64,000 nt of DNA, from contig OZ059900.1 of the NCBI GenBank assembly GCA_964057225.1, forward strand, positions 7,316,001-7,380,000, in the 5' to 3' direction. The notes beneath the pieces were generated by a model. That model had not been told where the DNA came from and made no database searches. It saw only the letters and a list, made by a program, of their open reading frames with translations. Positions 41,801 through 56,700 of the stretch are shown here, piece after piece. The position numbers and the translations under genes are program-made. Each line of letters starts with the position of its first letter. Positions within the stretch are counted from its first letter, which is position 1. This DNA comes from Auanema rhodensis. Lineage: Eukaryota > Animalia > Nematoda.

Positions 41801-44800
41801 TTGAGATATGGATTTGAAATTCAGGATTCATAAACTTCGACTATTTCTACATATATATGTCCAATTTTAACCACTTTGGTCAAAAAGGACCGAAAATATC
41901 AAGAATTATTGGTTTTTTGGGGTTTGAAGGGCATTTTGGCAAAATCAGTCAAACTTTTGATCTTAAGCATATTTTTTTTTCTAAAACGACTAAATGTATG
42001 AAATACTGTCAAAGAATGTTCATATAGGTGTATTTTGCACGAATATCAAAACTGATTGAAATATGGGCCTTTTTATGCTCAAAACGCCATATATTCAACG
42101 ATTTTGGGTACGAAACATGTGAAAACTGTATGTTTTGATCAGACCCTTTGAGATATGGATTTGAAATTCAGGATTCATAAACTTTGACTATTTTTACATA
42201 TATATGTCCAATTTTAACCACTTTGGTCAAAAAGGACCGAAAATATCAAGAATTATTGGTTTTTTGGGGTTTGAAGGGCATTTTGGCTAAATCAGTCAAA
42301 CTTTTGATCTTAAGCATATTTTTTTCTTCTAAAACGACTAAATGTATGAAATACTGTCATAGAATGTTCATATAGGTGTATTTTGCACGAATATCAAAAC
42401 TGATTGAAATATGGGCCTTTTTATGCTCAAAACGCCATATATTCAACGATTTTGGGTACAAAACATGTGAAAACTGTATGTTTTGATCAGACCCTTTGAG
42501 ATATGGATTTGAAATTCAGGATTCATAAACTTCGACTATTTCTACATATATATGTCCAATTTTAACCACTTTGGTCAAAAAGGACCGAAAATATCAAGAA
42601 TTATTGGTTTTTTGGGGTTTGAAGGGCATTTTGGCAAAATCAGTCAAACTTTTGATCTTAAGCATATTTTTTTTTTCTAAAACGACTAAATGTATGAAAT
42701 ACTGTCGAATAATGTTCATATAGGTGTATTTTGCACGAATATCAAAACTGATTGAAATATGGGCCTTTTTATGCTCAAAACGCCATATATTCAACGATTT
42801 TGGGTACAAAACATGTGAAAACTGTATGTTTTGATCAGACCCTTTGAGATATGGATTTAAAATTCAGGATTCATAAAATTCGACTATTTTTACATATATA
42901 TGTCCAATTTTAACCACTTTGGTCAAAAAGGACCGAAAATATCAAGAATTATTGGTTTTTTGGGGTTTGAAGGGCATTTTGGCAAAATCAGTCAAACTTT
43001 TGATCTTAAGCATATTTTTTTCTTCTAAAACGACTAAATGTATGAAATACTGTCAAAGAATGTTCATATAGGTGTATTTTGCACGAATATCAAAACTGAT
43101 TGAAATATGGGCCTTTTTATGCTCAAAACGCCATATATTCAACGATTTTGGGTACAAAACATGTGAAAACTGTATGTTTTGATCAGACCCTTTGAGATAT
43201 GGATTTGAAATTCAGGATTCATAAACTTCGACTATTTCTACATATATATGTCCAATTTTAACCACTTTGGTCAAAAAGGACCGAAAATATCAAGAATTAT
43301 TGGTTTTTTGGGGTTTGAAGGGCATTTTGGCAAAATCAGTCAAACTTTTGATCTTAAGCATATTTTTTTTTTCTAAAACGACTAAATGTATGAAATACTG
43401 TCAAAGAATGTTCATATAGGTGTATTTTGCACGAATATCAAAACTGATTGAAATATGGGCCTTTTTATGCTCAAAACGCCATATATTCAACGATTTTGGG
43501 TACAAAACATGTGAAAACTGTATGTTTTGATCAGACCCTTTGAGATATGGATTTGAAATTCAGGATTCATAAACTTCGACTATTTCTACATATATATGTC
43601 CAATTTTAACCACTTTGGTCAAAAAGGACCGAAAATATCAAGAATTATTGGTTTTTTGGGGTTTGAAGGGCATTTTGGCAAAATCAGTCAAACTTTTGAT
43701 CTTAAGCATATTTTTTTTTTCTAAAACGACTAAATGTATGAAATACTGTCGAATAATGTTCATATAGGTGTATTTTGCACGAATATCGAAACTGATTGAA
43801 ATATGGGCCTTTTTATGTTCAAAACGCCATATATTCAACGATTTTGGGTACAAAACATGTGAAAACTGTATGTTTTGATCAGACCCTTTGAGATATGGAT
43901 TTGAAATTCAGGATTCATAAACTTTGACTATTTTTACATATATATGTCCAATTTTAACCACTTTGGTCAAAAAGGACCGAAAATATCAAGAATTATTGGT
44001 TTTTTGGGGATTGAAGGGCATTTTGGCAAAATCAGTCAAACTTTTGATCTTAAGCATATTTTTTTCTTCTAAAACGACTAAATGTATGAAATACTGTCAT
44101 AGAATGTTCATATAGGTGTATTTTGCACGAATATCAAAACTGATTGAAATATGGGCCTTTTTATGTTCAAAACGCCATATATTCAACGATTTTGGGTACA
44201 AAACATGTGAAAACTGTATGTTTTGATCAGACCCTTTGAGATATGGATTTGGAATTCAGGATTCATAAACTTTGACTATTTTTACATATATATGTTCAAT
44301 TTTAACCACTTTGGTCAAAAAGGACCGAAAATATCAAGAATTATTGGTTTTTTGGGGTTTGAAGGGCATTTTGGCTAAATCAGTCAAACTTTTGATCTTA
44401 AGCATATTTTTTTCTTCTAAAACGACTAAATGTATGAAATACTGTCATAGAATGTTGATATAGGTGTATTTTGCACGAATATCAAAACTGATTGAAATAT
44501 GGGCCTTTTTATGCTCAAAACGCCATATATTCAACGATTTTGGGTACAAAACATGTGAAAACTGTATGTTTTGATCAGACCCTTTGAGATATGGATTTGA
44601 AATTCAGGATTCATAAACTTCGACTATTTCTACATATATATGTCCAATTTTAACCACTTTGGTCAAAAAGGACGGAAAATATCAAGAATTATTGGTTTTT
44701 TGGGGTTTGAAGGGCATTTTGGCAAAATCAGTCAAACTTTTGATCTTAAGCATATTTTTTTTTCTAAAACGACTAAATGTATGAAATACTGTCAAAGAAT

Positions 44801-47800
44801 GTTCATATAGGTGTATTTTGCACGAATATCAAAACTGATTGAAATATGGGCCTTTTTATGCTCAAAACGCCATATATTCAACGATTTTGGGTACGAAACA
44901 TGTGAAAACTGTATGTTTTGATCAGACCCTTTGAGATATGGATTTGAAATTCAGGATTCATAAACTTTGACTATTTTTACATATATATGTCCAATTTTAA
45001 CCACTTTGGTCAAAAAGGACCGAAAATATCAAGAATTATTGGTTTTTTGGGGTTTGAAGGACATTTTGGCTAAATCAGTCAAACTTTTGATCTTAAGCAT
45101 ATTTTTTTCTTCTAAAACGACTAAATGTATGAAATACTGTCATAGAATGTTCATATAGGTGTATTTTGCACGAATATCGAAACTGATTGAAATATGGGCC
45201 TTTTTATGTTCAAAACGCCATATATTCAACGATTTTGGGTACAAAACATGTGAAAACTGTATGTTTTGATCAGACCCTTTGAGATATGGATTTGAAATTC
45301 AGGATTCATAAACTTTGACTATTTTTACATATATATGTCCAATTTTAACCACTTTGGTCGAAAAGGACCGAAAATATCAAGAATTATTGGTTTTTTGGGG
45401 ATTGAAGGGCATTTTGGCAAAATCAGTCAAACTTTTGATCTTAAGCATATTTTTTTCTTCTAAAACGACTAAATGTATGAAATACTGTCATAGAATGTTC
45501 ATATAGGTGTATTTTGCACGAATATCAAAACTGATTGAAATATGGGCCTTTTTATGTTCAAAACGCCATATATTCAACGATTTTGGGTACAAAACATGTG
45601 AAAACTGTATGTTTTGATCAGACCCTTTGAGATATGGATTTGGAATTCAGGATTCATAAACTTTGACTATTTTTACATATATATGTTCAATTTTAACCAC
45701 TTTGGTCAAAAAGGACCGAAAATATCAAGAATTATTGGTTTTTTGGGGTTTGAAGGGCATTTTGGCTAAATCAGTCAAACTTTTGATCTTAAGCATATTT
45801 TTTTATTCTAAAACGACTAAATGTATGAAATACTGTCATAGAATGTTGATATAGGTGTATTTTGCACGAATATCAAAACTGATTGAAATATGGGCCTTTT
45901 TATGTTCAAAACGCCATATATTCAACGATTTTGGGTACAAAACATGTGAAAACTGTATGTTTTGATCAGACCCTTTGAGATATGGATTTGAAATTCAGGA
46001 TTCATAAACTTTGACTATTTTTACATGTATATGTCCAATTTTAACCACTTTAGTCAAAAAGGACCGAAAATATCAAGAATTATTGGTTTTTTGGGGATTG
46101 AAGGGCATTTTGGCAAAATCAGTCAAACTTTTGATCTTAAGCATATTTTTTTCTTCTAAAACGACTAAATGTATGAAATACTGTCATAGAATGTTCATAT
46201 AGGTGTATTTTGCACGAATATCGAAACTGATTGAAATATGGGCCTTTTTATGCTCAAAACGCCATATGTTCAACGATTTTGGGTACAAAACATGTGAAAA
46301 CTGTATGTTTTGATCAGACCCTTTGAGATATGGATTTGAAATTCAGGATTCATGAACTTCGACTATTTTTACATATATATGTCCAATTTTAACCACTTTG
46401 GTCAAAAAGGACCGAAAATATCAAGAATTATTGGTTTTTTGGGGTTTGAAGGGCATTTTGGCTAAATCAGTCAAACTTTTGATCTTAAGCATATTTTTTT
46501 CTTCTAAAACGACTAAATGTATGAAATACTGTCATAGAATGTTCATATAGGTGTATTTTGCACGAATATCAAAACTGATTGAAATATGGGCCTTTTTATG
46601 CTCAAAACGCCATATATTCAACGATTTTGGGTACAAAACATGTGAAAACGGTATGTTTTGATCAGACCCTTTGAGATATGGATTTGAAATTCAGGATTCA
46701 TGAACTTCGACTATTTCTACATATATATGTCCAATTTTAACCACTTTGGTCACAAAGGACCGAAAATATCAAGAATTATTGGTTTTTTGGGGTTTGAAGG
46801 GCATTTTGGCAAAATCAGTCAAACTTTTGATCTTAAGCATATTTTTTTCTTCTAAAACGACTAAATGTATGAAATACTGTCAAAGAATGTTCATATAGGT
46901 GTATTTTGCACGAATATCAAAACTGATTGAAATATGGGCCTTTTTATGCTCAAAACGCCATATATTCAACGATTTTGGGTACAAAACATGTGAAAACTGT
47001 ATGTTTTGATCAGACCCTTTGAGATATGGATTTGGAATTCAGGATTCATAAACTTTGACTATTTTTACATATATATGTTCAATTTTAACCACTTTGGTCA
47101 AAAAGGACCGAAAATATCAAGAATTATTGGTTTTTTGGGGTTTGAAGGGCATTTTGGCTAAATCAGTCAAACTTTTGATCTTAAGCATATTTTTTTCTTC
47201 TAAAACGACTAAATGTATGAAATACTGTCATAGAATGTTCATATAGGTGTATTTTGCACGAATATCAAAACTGATTGAAATATGGGCCTTTTTATGCTCA
47301 AAACGCCATATATTCAACGATTTTGGGTACAAAACATGTGAAAACTGTATGTTTTGATCAGACCCTTTGAGATATGGATTTGAAATTCAGGATTCATAAA
47401 CTTTGACTATTTTTACATATATATGTTCAATTTTAACCACTTTGGTCAAAAAGGACCGAAAATATCAAGAATTATTGGTTTTTTGGGGTTTGAAGGACAT
47501 TTTGGCTAAATCAGTCAAACTTTTGATCTTAAGCATATTTTTTTCTTCTAAAACGACTAAATGTATGAAATACTGTCATAGAATGTTCATATAGGTGTAT
47601 TTTGCACGAATATCAAAACTGATTGAAATATGGGCCTTTTTATGTTCAAAACGCCATATATTCAACGATTTTGGGTACAAAACATGTGAAAACTGTATGT
47701 TTTGATCAGACCCTTTGAGATATGGATTTGAAATTCAGGATTCATAAACTTTGACTATTTTTACATATATATGTCCAATTTTAACCACTTTGGTCGAAAA

Positions 47801-48539
47801 GGACCGAAAAAATCAAGAATTATTGGTTTTTTGGGGATTGAAGGGCATTTTGGCAAAATCAGTCAAACTTTTGATCTTAAGCATATTTTTTTCTTCTAAA
47901 ACGACTAAATGTATGAAATACTGTCATAGAATGTTCATATAGGTGTATTTTGCACGAATATCAAAACTGATTGAAATATGGGCCTTTTTATGTTCAAAAC
48001 GCCATATATTCATCGATTTTGGGTACAAAACATGTGAAAACTGTATATTTTGATCAGACCCTTTGAGATATGGATTTGGAATTCAGGATTCATGAACTTT
48101 GACTATTTTTACATATATATGTTCAATTTTAACCACTTTGGTCAAAAAGGACCGAAAATATCAAGAATTATTGGTTTTTTGGGGTTTGAAGGGCATTTTG
48201 GCTAAATCAGTCAAACTTTTGATCTTAAGCATATTTTTTTCTTCTAAAACGACTAAATGTATGAAATACTGTCATAGAATGTTCATATAGGTGTATTTTG
48301 CACGAATATCAAAACTGATTGAAATATGGGCCTTTTTATGTTCAAAACGCCATATATTCAACGATTTTGGGTACAAAACATGTGAAAACTGTATGTTTTG
48401 ATCAGACCCTTTGAGATATGGATTTGAAATTCAGGATTCATAAACTTTGACTATTTTTACATATATATGTCCAATTTTAACCACTTTGGTCAAAAAGGAC
48501 CGAAAATATCAAGAATTATTGGTTTTTTGGGGATTGAAG

Positions 48540-50730
48540 GGCATTTTGGCAAAATCAGTCAAACTTTTGATCTTAAGCATATTTTTTTCTTCTAAAACGA
48601 CTAAATGTATGAAATACTGTCATAGAATGTTCATATAGGTGTATTTTGCACAAATATCAAAACTGATTGAAATATGGGCCTTTTTATGCTCAAAACGCCA
48701 TATATTCAACGATTTTGGGTACAAAACATGTGAAAACTGTATGTTTTGATCAGACCCTTTGAGATATGGATTTGAAATTCAGGATTCATAAACTTTGACT
48801 ATTTTAACATATATATGTTCAATTTTAACCACTTTGGTCAAAAAGGACCGAAAATATCAAGAATTATTGGTTTTTTGGGGTTTGAAGGGCATTTTGGCTA
48901 AATCAGTCAAACTTTTGATCTTAAGCATATTTTTTTCTTCTAAAACGACTAAATGTATGAAATACTGTCATAGAATGTTCATATAGGTGTATTTTGCACG
49001 AATATCAAAACTGATTGAAATATGGGCCTTTTTATGCTCAAAACGCCATATATTCAACGATTTTGGGTACAAAACATGTGAAAACGGTATGTTTTGATCA
49101 GACCCTTTGAGATATGGATTTGAAATTCAGGATTCATAAACTTCGACTATTTGTACATATATATGTCCAATTTTAACCACTTTGGTCAAAAAGGACCGAA
49201 AATATCAAGAATTATTGGTTTTTTGGGGTTTGAAGGGCATTTTGGCAAAATCAGTCAAACTTTTGATCTTAAGCATATTTTTTTCTTCTAAAACGACTAA
49301 ATGTATGAAATACTGTCAAAGAATGTTCATATAGGTGTATTTTGCACGAATATCAAAACTGATTGAAATATGGGCCTTTTTATGCTCAAAACGCCATATA
49401 TTTAACGATTTTGGGTACAAAACATGTGAAAACTGTATGTTTTGATCAGACCCTTTGAGATATGGATTTAAAATTCAGGATTCATAAAATTCGACTATTT
49501 TTACATATATATGTCCAATTTTAACCACTTTGGTCAAAAAGGACCGAAAATATCAAGAATTATTGGTTTTTTGGGGTTTGAAGGGCATTTTGGCAAAATC
49601 AGTCAAACTTTTGATCTTAAGCATATTTTTTTCTTCTAAAACGACTAAATGTATGAAATACTGTCATAGAATGTTCATATAGGTGTATTTTGCACAAATA
49701 TCAAAACTGATTGAAATATGGGCCTTTTTATGCTCAAAACGCCATATATTCAACGATTTTGGGTACAAAACATGTGAAAACTGTATGTTTTGATCAGACC
49801 CTTTGAGATATGGATTTGAAATTCAGGATTCATAAACTTTGACTATTTTAACATATATATGTTCAATTTTAACCACTTTGGTCAAAAAGGACCGAAAATA
49901 TCAAGAATTATTGGTTTTTTGGGGTTTGAAGGGCATTTTGGCTAAATCAGTCAAACTTTTGATCTTAAGCATATTTTTTTCTTCTAAAACGACTAAATGT
50001 ATGAAATACTGTCATAGAATGTTCATATAGGTGTATTTTGCACGAATATCAAAACTGATTGAAATATGGGCCTTTTTATGCTCAAAACGCCATATATTCA
50101 ACGATTTTGGGTACAAAACATGTGAAAACGGTATGTTTTGATCAGACCCTTTGAGATATGGATTTGAAATTCAGGATTCATAAACTTCGACTATTTGTAC
50201 ATATATATGTCCAATTTTAACCACTTTGGTCAAAAAGGACCGAAAATATCAAGAATTATTGGTTTTTTGGGGTTTGAAGGGCATTTTGGCAAAATCAGTC
50301 AAACTTTTGATCTTAAGCATATTTTTTTCTTCTAAAACGACTAAATGTATGAAATACTGTCAAAGAATGTTCATATAGGTGTATTTTGCACGAATATCAA
50401 AACTGATTGAAATATGGGCCTTTTTATGCTCAAAACGCCATATATTTAACGATTTTGGGTACAAAACATGTGAAAACTGTATGTTTTGATCAGACCCTTT
50501 GAGATATGGATTTAAAATTCAGGATTCATAAAATTCGACTATTTTTACATATATATGTCCAATTTTAACCACTTTGGTCAAAAAGGACCGAAAATATCAA
50601 GAATTATTGGTTTTTTGGGGTTTGAAGGGCATTTTGGCAAAATCAGTCAAACTTTTGATCTTAAGCATATTTTTTTCTTCTAAAACGACTAAATGTATGA
50701 AATACTGTCATAGAATGTTCATATAGGTGT
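48540..50730. repeat. Tandem duplication of a 3-monomer unit (1044 bp)
   Basis: Paired variants lie 1044 apart: GCACAAA 48652/49696, TTAACAT 48806/49850, AACGG 49086/50130, TTTAACG 49403/50447, TTTAAAA 49470/50514. Confidence 0.92.
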
Positions 50731-53700
50731 ATTTTGCACGAATATCAAAACTGATTGAAATATGGGCCTTTTTATGCTCAAAACGCCATATATTCAACGA
50801 TTTTGGGTACAAAACATGTGAAAACTGTATGTTTTGATCAGACCCTTTGAGATATGGATTTGAAATTCAGGATTCATAAACTTTGACTATTTTTACATAT
50901 ATATGTTCAATTTTCACCACTTTGGTCAAAAAGGACCGAAAATATCAAGAATTATTGGTTTTTTGGGGTTTGAAGGGCATTTTGGCTAAATCAGTCAAAC
51001 TTTTGATCTTAAGCATATTTTTTTCTTCTAAAACGACTAAATGTATGAAATACTGTCATAGAATGTTCATATAGGTGTATTTTGCACGAATATCAAAACT
51101 GATTGAAATATGGGCCTTTTTATGCTCAAAACGCCATATATTCAACGATTTTGGGTACAAAACATGTGAAAACGGTATGTTTTGATCAGACCCTTTGAGA
51201 TATGGATTTGAAATTCAGGATTCATAAACTTCGACTATTTCTACATATATATGTCCAATTTTAACCACTTTGGTCAAAAAGGACCGAAAATATCAAGAAT
51301 TATTGGTTTTTTGGGGTTTGAAGGGCATTTTGGCAAAATCAGTCAAACTTTTGATCTTAAGCATATTTTTTTCTTCTAAAACGACTAAATGTATGAAATA
51401 CTGTCAAAGAATGTTCATATAGGTGTTTTTTGCACGAATATCAGAACTGATTGAAATATGGGCCTTTTTATGCTCAAAACGCCATATATTCAACGATTTT
51501 GGGTACAAAACATGTGAAAACTGTATGTTTTGATCAGACCCTTTGAGATATGGATTTAAAATTCAGGATTCATAAAATTCGACTATTTTTACATATATAT
51601 GTCCAATTTTAACCACTTTGGTCAAAAAGGACCGAAAATATCAAGAATTATTGGTTTTTTGGGGTTTGAAGGGCATTTTGGCAAAATCAGTCAAACTTTT
51701 GATCTTAAGCATATTTTTTTCTTCTAAAACGACTAAATGTATGAAATACTGTCATAGAATGTTCATATAGGTGTATTTTGCACGAATATCAAAACTGATT
51801 GAAATATGGGCCTTTTTATGCTCAAAACGCCATATATTCAACGATTTTGGGTACAAAACATGTGAAAACTGTATGTTTTGATCAGACCCTTTGAGATATG
51901 GATTTGAAATTCAGGATTCATAAACTTCGACTATTTCTACATATATATGTCCAATTTTAACCACTTTGGTCAAAAAGGACCGAAAATATCAAGAATTATT
52001 GGTTTTTTGGGGTTTGAAGGGCATTTTGGCAAAATCAGTCAAACTTTTGATCTTAAGCATATTTTTTTTTCTAAAACGACTAAATGTATGAAATACTGTC
52101 AAAGAATGTTCATATAGGTGTATTTTGCACGAATATCAAAACTGATTGAAATATGGGCCTTTTTATGTTCAAAACGCCATATATTCAACGATTTTGGGTA
52201 CAAAACATGTGAAAACTGTATGTTTTGATCAGACCCTTTGAGATATGGATTTGGAATTTAGGATTCATGAACTTTGACTATTTTTACATATATATGTTCA
52301 ATTTTAACCACTTTGGTCAAAAAGGACCGAAAATATCAAGAATTATTGGTTTTTTGGGGTTTGAAGGGCATTTTGGCTAAATCAGTCAAACTTTTGATCT
52401 TAAGCATATTTTTTTCTTCTAAAACGACTAAATGTATGAAATACTGTCATAGAATGTTCATATAGGTGTATTTTGCACGAATATCAAAACTGATTGAAAT
52501 ATGGGCCTTTTTATGTTCAAAACGCCATATATTCAACGATTTTGGGTACAAAACATGTGAAAACTGTATGTTTTGATCAGACCCTTTGAGATATGGATTT
52601 GAAATTCAGGATTCATAAACTTTGACTATTTTTACATATATATGTCCAATTTTAACCACTTTGGTCAAAAAGGACCGAAAATATCAAGAATTATTGGTTT
52701 TTTGGGGATTGAAGGGCATTTTGGCAAAATCAGTCAAACTTTTGATCTTAAGCATATTTTTTCTTCTAAAACGACTAAATGTATGAAATACTGTCATAGA
52801 ATGTTCATATAGGTGTATTTTGCACGAATATCAAAACTGATTGAAATATGGGCCTTTTTATGCTCAAAACGCCATATATTCAACGATTTTGGGTACAAAA
52901 CATGTGAAAACTGTATGTTTTGATCAGACCCTTTGAGATATGGATTTGAAATTCAGGATTCATAAACTTTGACTATTTTTACATATATATGTTCAATTTT
53001 AACCACTTTGGTCAAAAAGGACCGAAAATATCAAGAATTATTGGTTTTTTGGGGTTTGAAGGGCATTTTGGCTAAATCAGTCAAACTTTTGATCTTAAGC
53101 ATATTTGTTTCTTCTAAAACGACTAAATGTATGAAATACTGTCATAGAATGTTCATATAGGTGTATTTTGCACGAATATCAAAACTGATTGAAATATGGG
53201 CCTTTTTATGCTCAAAACGCCATATATTCAACGATTTTGGGTACAAAACATGTGAAAACGGTATGTTTTGATCAGACCCTTTGAGATATGGATTTGAAAT
53301 TCAGGATTCATAAACTTCGACTATTTCTACATATATATGTCCAATTTTAACCACTTTGGTCAAAAAGGACCGAAAATATCAAGAATTATTGGTTTTTTGG
53401 GGTTTGAAGGGCATTTTGGCAAAATCAGTCAAACTTTTGATCGTAAGCATATTTTTTTCTTCTAAAACGACTAAATGTATGAAATACTGTCAAAGAATGT
53501 TCATATAGGTGTTTTTTGCACGAATATCAGAACTGATTGAAATATGGGCCTTTTTATGCTCAAAACGCCATATATTCAACGATTTTGGGTACAAAACATG
53601 TGAAAACTGTATGTTTTGATCAGACCCTTTGAGATATGGATTTAAAATTCAGGATTCATAAACTTTGACTATTTTTACATATATATGTTCAATTTTAACC

Positions 53701-56700
53701 ACTTTGGTCAAAAAGGACCGAAAATATCAAGAATTATTGGTTTTTTGGGGTTTGAAGGGCATTTTGGCTAAATCAGTCAAACTTTTGATCTTAAGCATAT
53801 TTTTTTCTTCTAAAACGACTAAATGTATGAAATACTGTCATAGAATGTTCATATAGGTGTATTTTGCACGAATATCAAAACTGATTGAAATATGGGCCTT
53901 TTTATGTTCAAAACGCCATATATTCAACGATTTTGGGTACAAAACATGTGAAAACTGTATGTTTTGATCAGACCCTTTGAGATATGGATTTGAAATTCAG
54001 GATTCATAAACTTTGACTATTTTTACATATATATGTCCAATTTTAACCACTTTGGTCAAAAAGGACCGAAAATATCAAGAATTATTGGTTTTTTGGGGAT
54101 TGAAGGGCATTTTGGCAAAATCAGTCAAACTTTTGATCTTAAGCATATTTTTTCTTCTAAAACGACTAAATGTATGAAATACTGTCATAGAATGTTCATA
54201 TAGGTGTATTTTGCACGAATATCAAAACTGATTGAAATATGGGCCTTTTTATGCTCAAAACGCCATATATTCAACGATTTTGGGTACAAAACATGTGAAA
54301 ACTGTATGTTTTGATCAGACCCTTTGAGATATGGATTTGAAATTCAGGATTCATAAACTTTGACTATTTTTACATATATATGTCCAATTTTAACCACTTT
54401 GGTCAAAAAGGACCGAAAATATCAAGAATTATTGGTTTTTTGGGGTTTGAAGGGCATTTTGGCAAAATCAGTCAAACTTTTGATCTTAAGCATATTTTTT
54501 TCTTCTAAAACGACTAAATGTATGAAATACTGTCAAAGAATGTTCATATAGGTGTTTTTTGCACGAATATCAGAACTGATTGAAATATGGGCCTTTTTAT
54601 GCTCAAAACGCCATATATTCAACGATTTTGGGTACAAAACATGTGAAAACTGTATGTTTTGATCAGACCCTTTGAGATATGGATTTAAAATTCAGGATTC
54701 ATAAAATTCGACTATTTTTACATATATATGTCCAATTTTAACCACTTTGGTCAAAAAGGACCGAAAATATCAAGAATTATTGGTTTTTTGGGGTTTGAAG
54801 GGCATTTTGGCAAAATCAGTCAAACTTTTGATCTTAAGCATATTTTTTTCTTCTAAAACGACTAAATGTATGAAATACTGTCATAGAATGTTCATATAGG
54901 TGTATTTTGCACGAATATCAAAACTGATTGAAATATGGGCCTTTTTATGCTCAAAACGCCATATATTCAACGATTTTGGGTACAAAACATGTGAAAACTG
55001 TATGTTTTGATCAGACCCTTTGAGATATGGATTTGAAATTCAGGATTCATAAACTTCGACTATTTCTACATATATATGTCCAATTTTAACCACTTTGGTC
55101 AAAAAGGACCGAAAATATCAAGAATTATTGGTTTTTTGGGGTTTGAAGGGCATTTTGGCAAAATCAGTCAAACTTTTGATCTTAAGCATATTTTGTTTTC
55201 TAAAACGACTAAATGTATGAAATACTGTCAAAGAATGTTCATATAGGTGTATTTTGCACGAATATCAAAACTGATTGAAATATGGGCCTTTTTATGTTCA
55301 AAACGCCATATATTCAACGATTTTGGGTACAAAACATGTGAAAACTGTATGTTTTGATCAGACCCTTTGAGATATGGATTTGGAATTCAGGATTCATGAA
55401 CTTTGACTATTTTTATATATATATGTTCAATTTTAACCACTTTGGTCAAAAAGGACCGAAAATATCAAGAATTATTGGTTTTTTGGGGTTTGAAGGGCAT
55501 TTTGGCTAAATCAGTCAAACTTTTGATCTTAAGCATATTTTTTTCTTCTAAAACGACTAAATGTATGAAATACTGTCATAGAATGTTCATATAGGTGTAT
55601 TTTGCACGAATATCAAAACTGATTGAAATATGGGCCTTTTTATGTTCAAAACGCCATATATTCAACGATTTTGGGTACAAAACATGTGAAAACTGTATGT
55701 TTTGATCAGACCCTTTGAGATATGGATTTGAAATTCAGGATTCATAAACTTTGACTATTTTTACATATATATGTCCAATTTTAACCACTTTGGTCAAAAA
55801 GGACCGAAAATATCAAGAATTATTGGTTTTTTGGGGATTGAAGGGCATTTTGGCAAAATCAGTCAAACTTTTGATCTTAAGCATATTTTTTTCTTCTAAA
55901 ACGACTAAATGTATGAAATACTGTCATAGAATGTTCATATAGGTGTATTTTGCACAAATATCAAAACTGATTGAAATATGGGCCTTTTTATGCTCAAAAC
56001 GCCATATATTCAACGATTTTGGGTACAAAACATGTGAAAACTGTATGTTTTGATCAGACCCTTTGAGATATGGATTTGAAATTCAGGATTCATAAACTTT
56101 GACTATTTTAACATATATATGTTCAATTTTAACCACTTTGGTCAAAAAGGACCGAAAATATCAAGAATTATTGGTTTTTTTGGGTTTGAAGGGCATTTTG
56201 GCTAAATCAGTCAAACTTTTGATCTTAAGCATATTTTTTTCTTCTAAAACGACTAAATGTATGAAATACTGTCATAGAATGTTCATATAGGTGTATTTTG
56301 CACGAATATCAAAACTGATTGAAATATGGGCCTTTTTATGCTCAAAACGCCATATATTCAACGATTTTGGGTACAAAACATGTGAAAACGGTATGTTTTG
56401 ATCAGACCCTTTGAGATATGGATTTGAAATTCAGGATTCATAAACTTCGACTATTTGTACATATATATGTCCAATTTTAACCACTTTGGTCAAAAAGGAC
56501 CGAAAATATCAAGAATTATTGGTTTTTTGGGGTTTGAAGGGCATTTTGGCAAAATCAGTCAAACTTTTGATCTTAAGCATATTTTTTTCTTCTAAAACGA
56601 CTAAATGTATGAAATACTGTCAAAGAATGTTCATATAGGTGTATTTTGCACGAATATCAAAACTGATTGAAATATGGGCCTTTTTATGCTCAAAACGCCA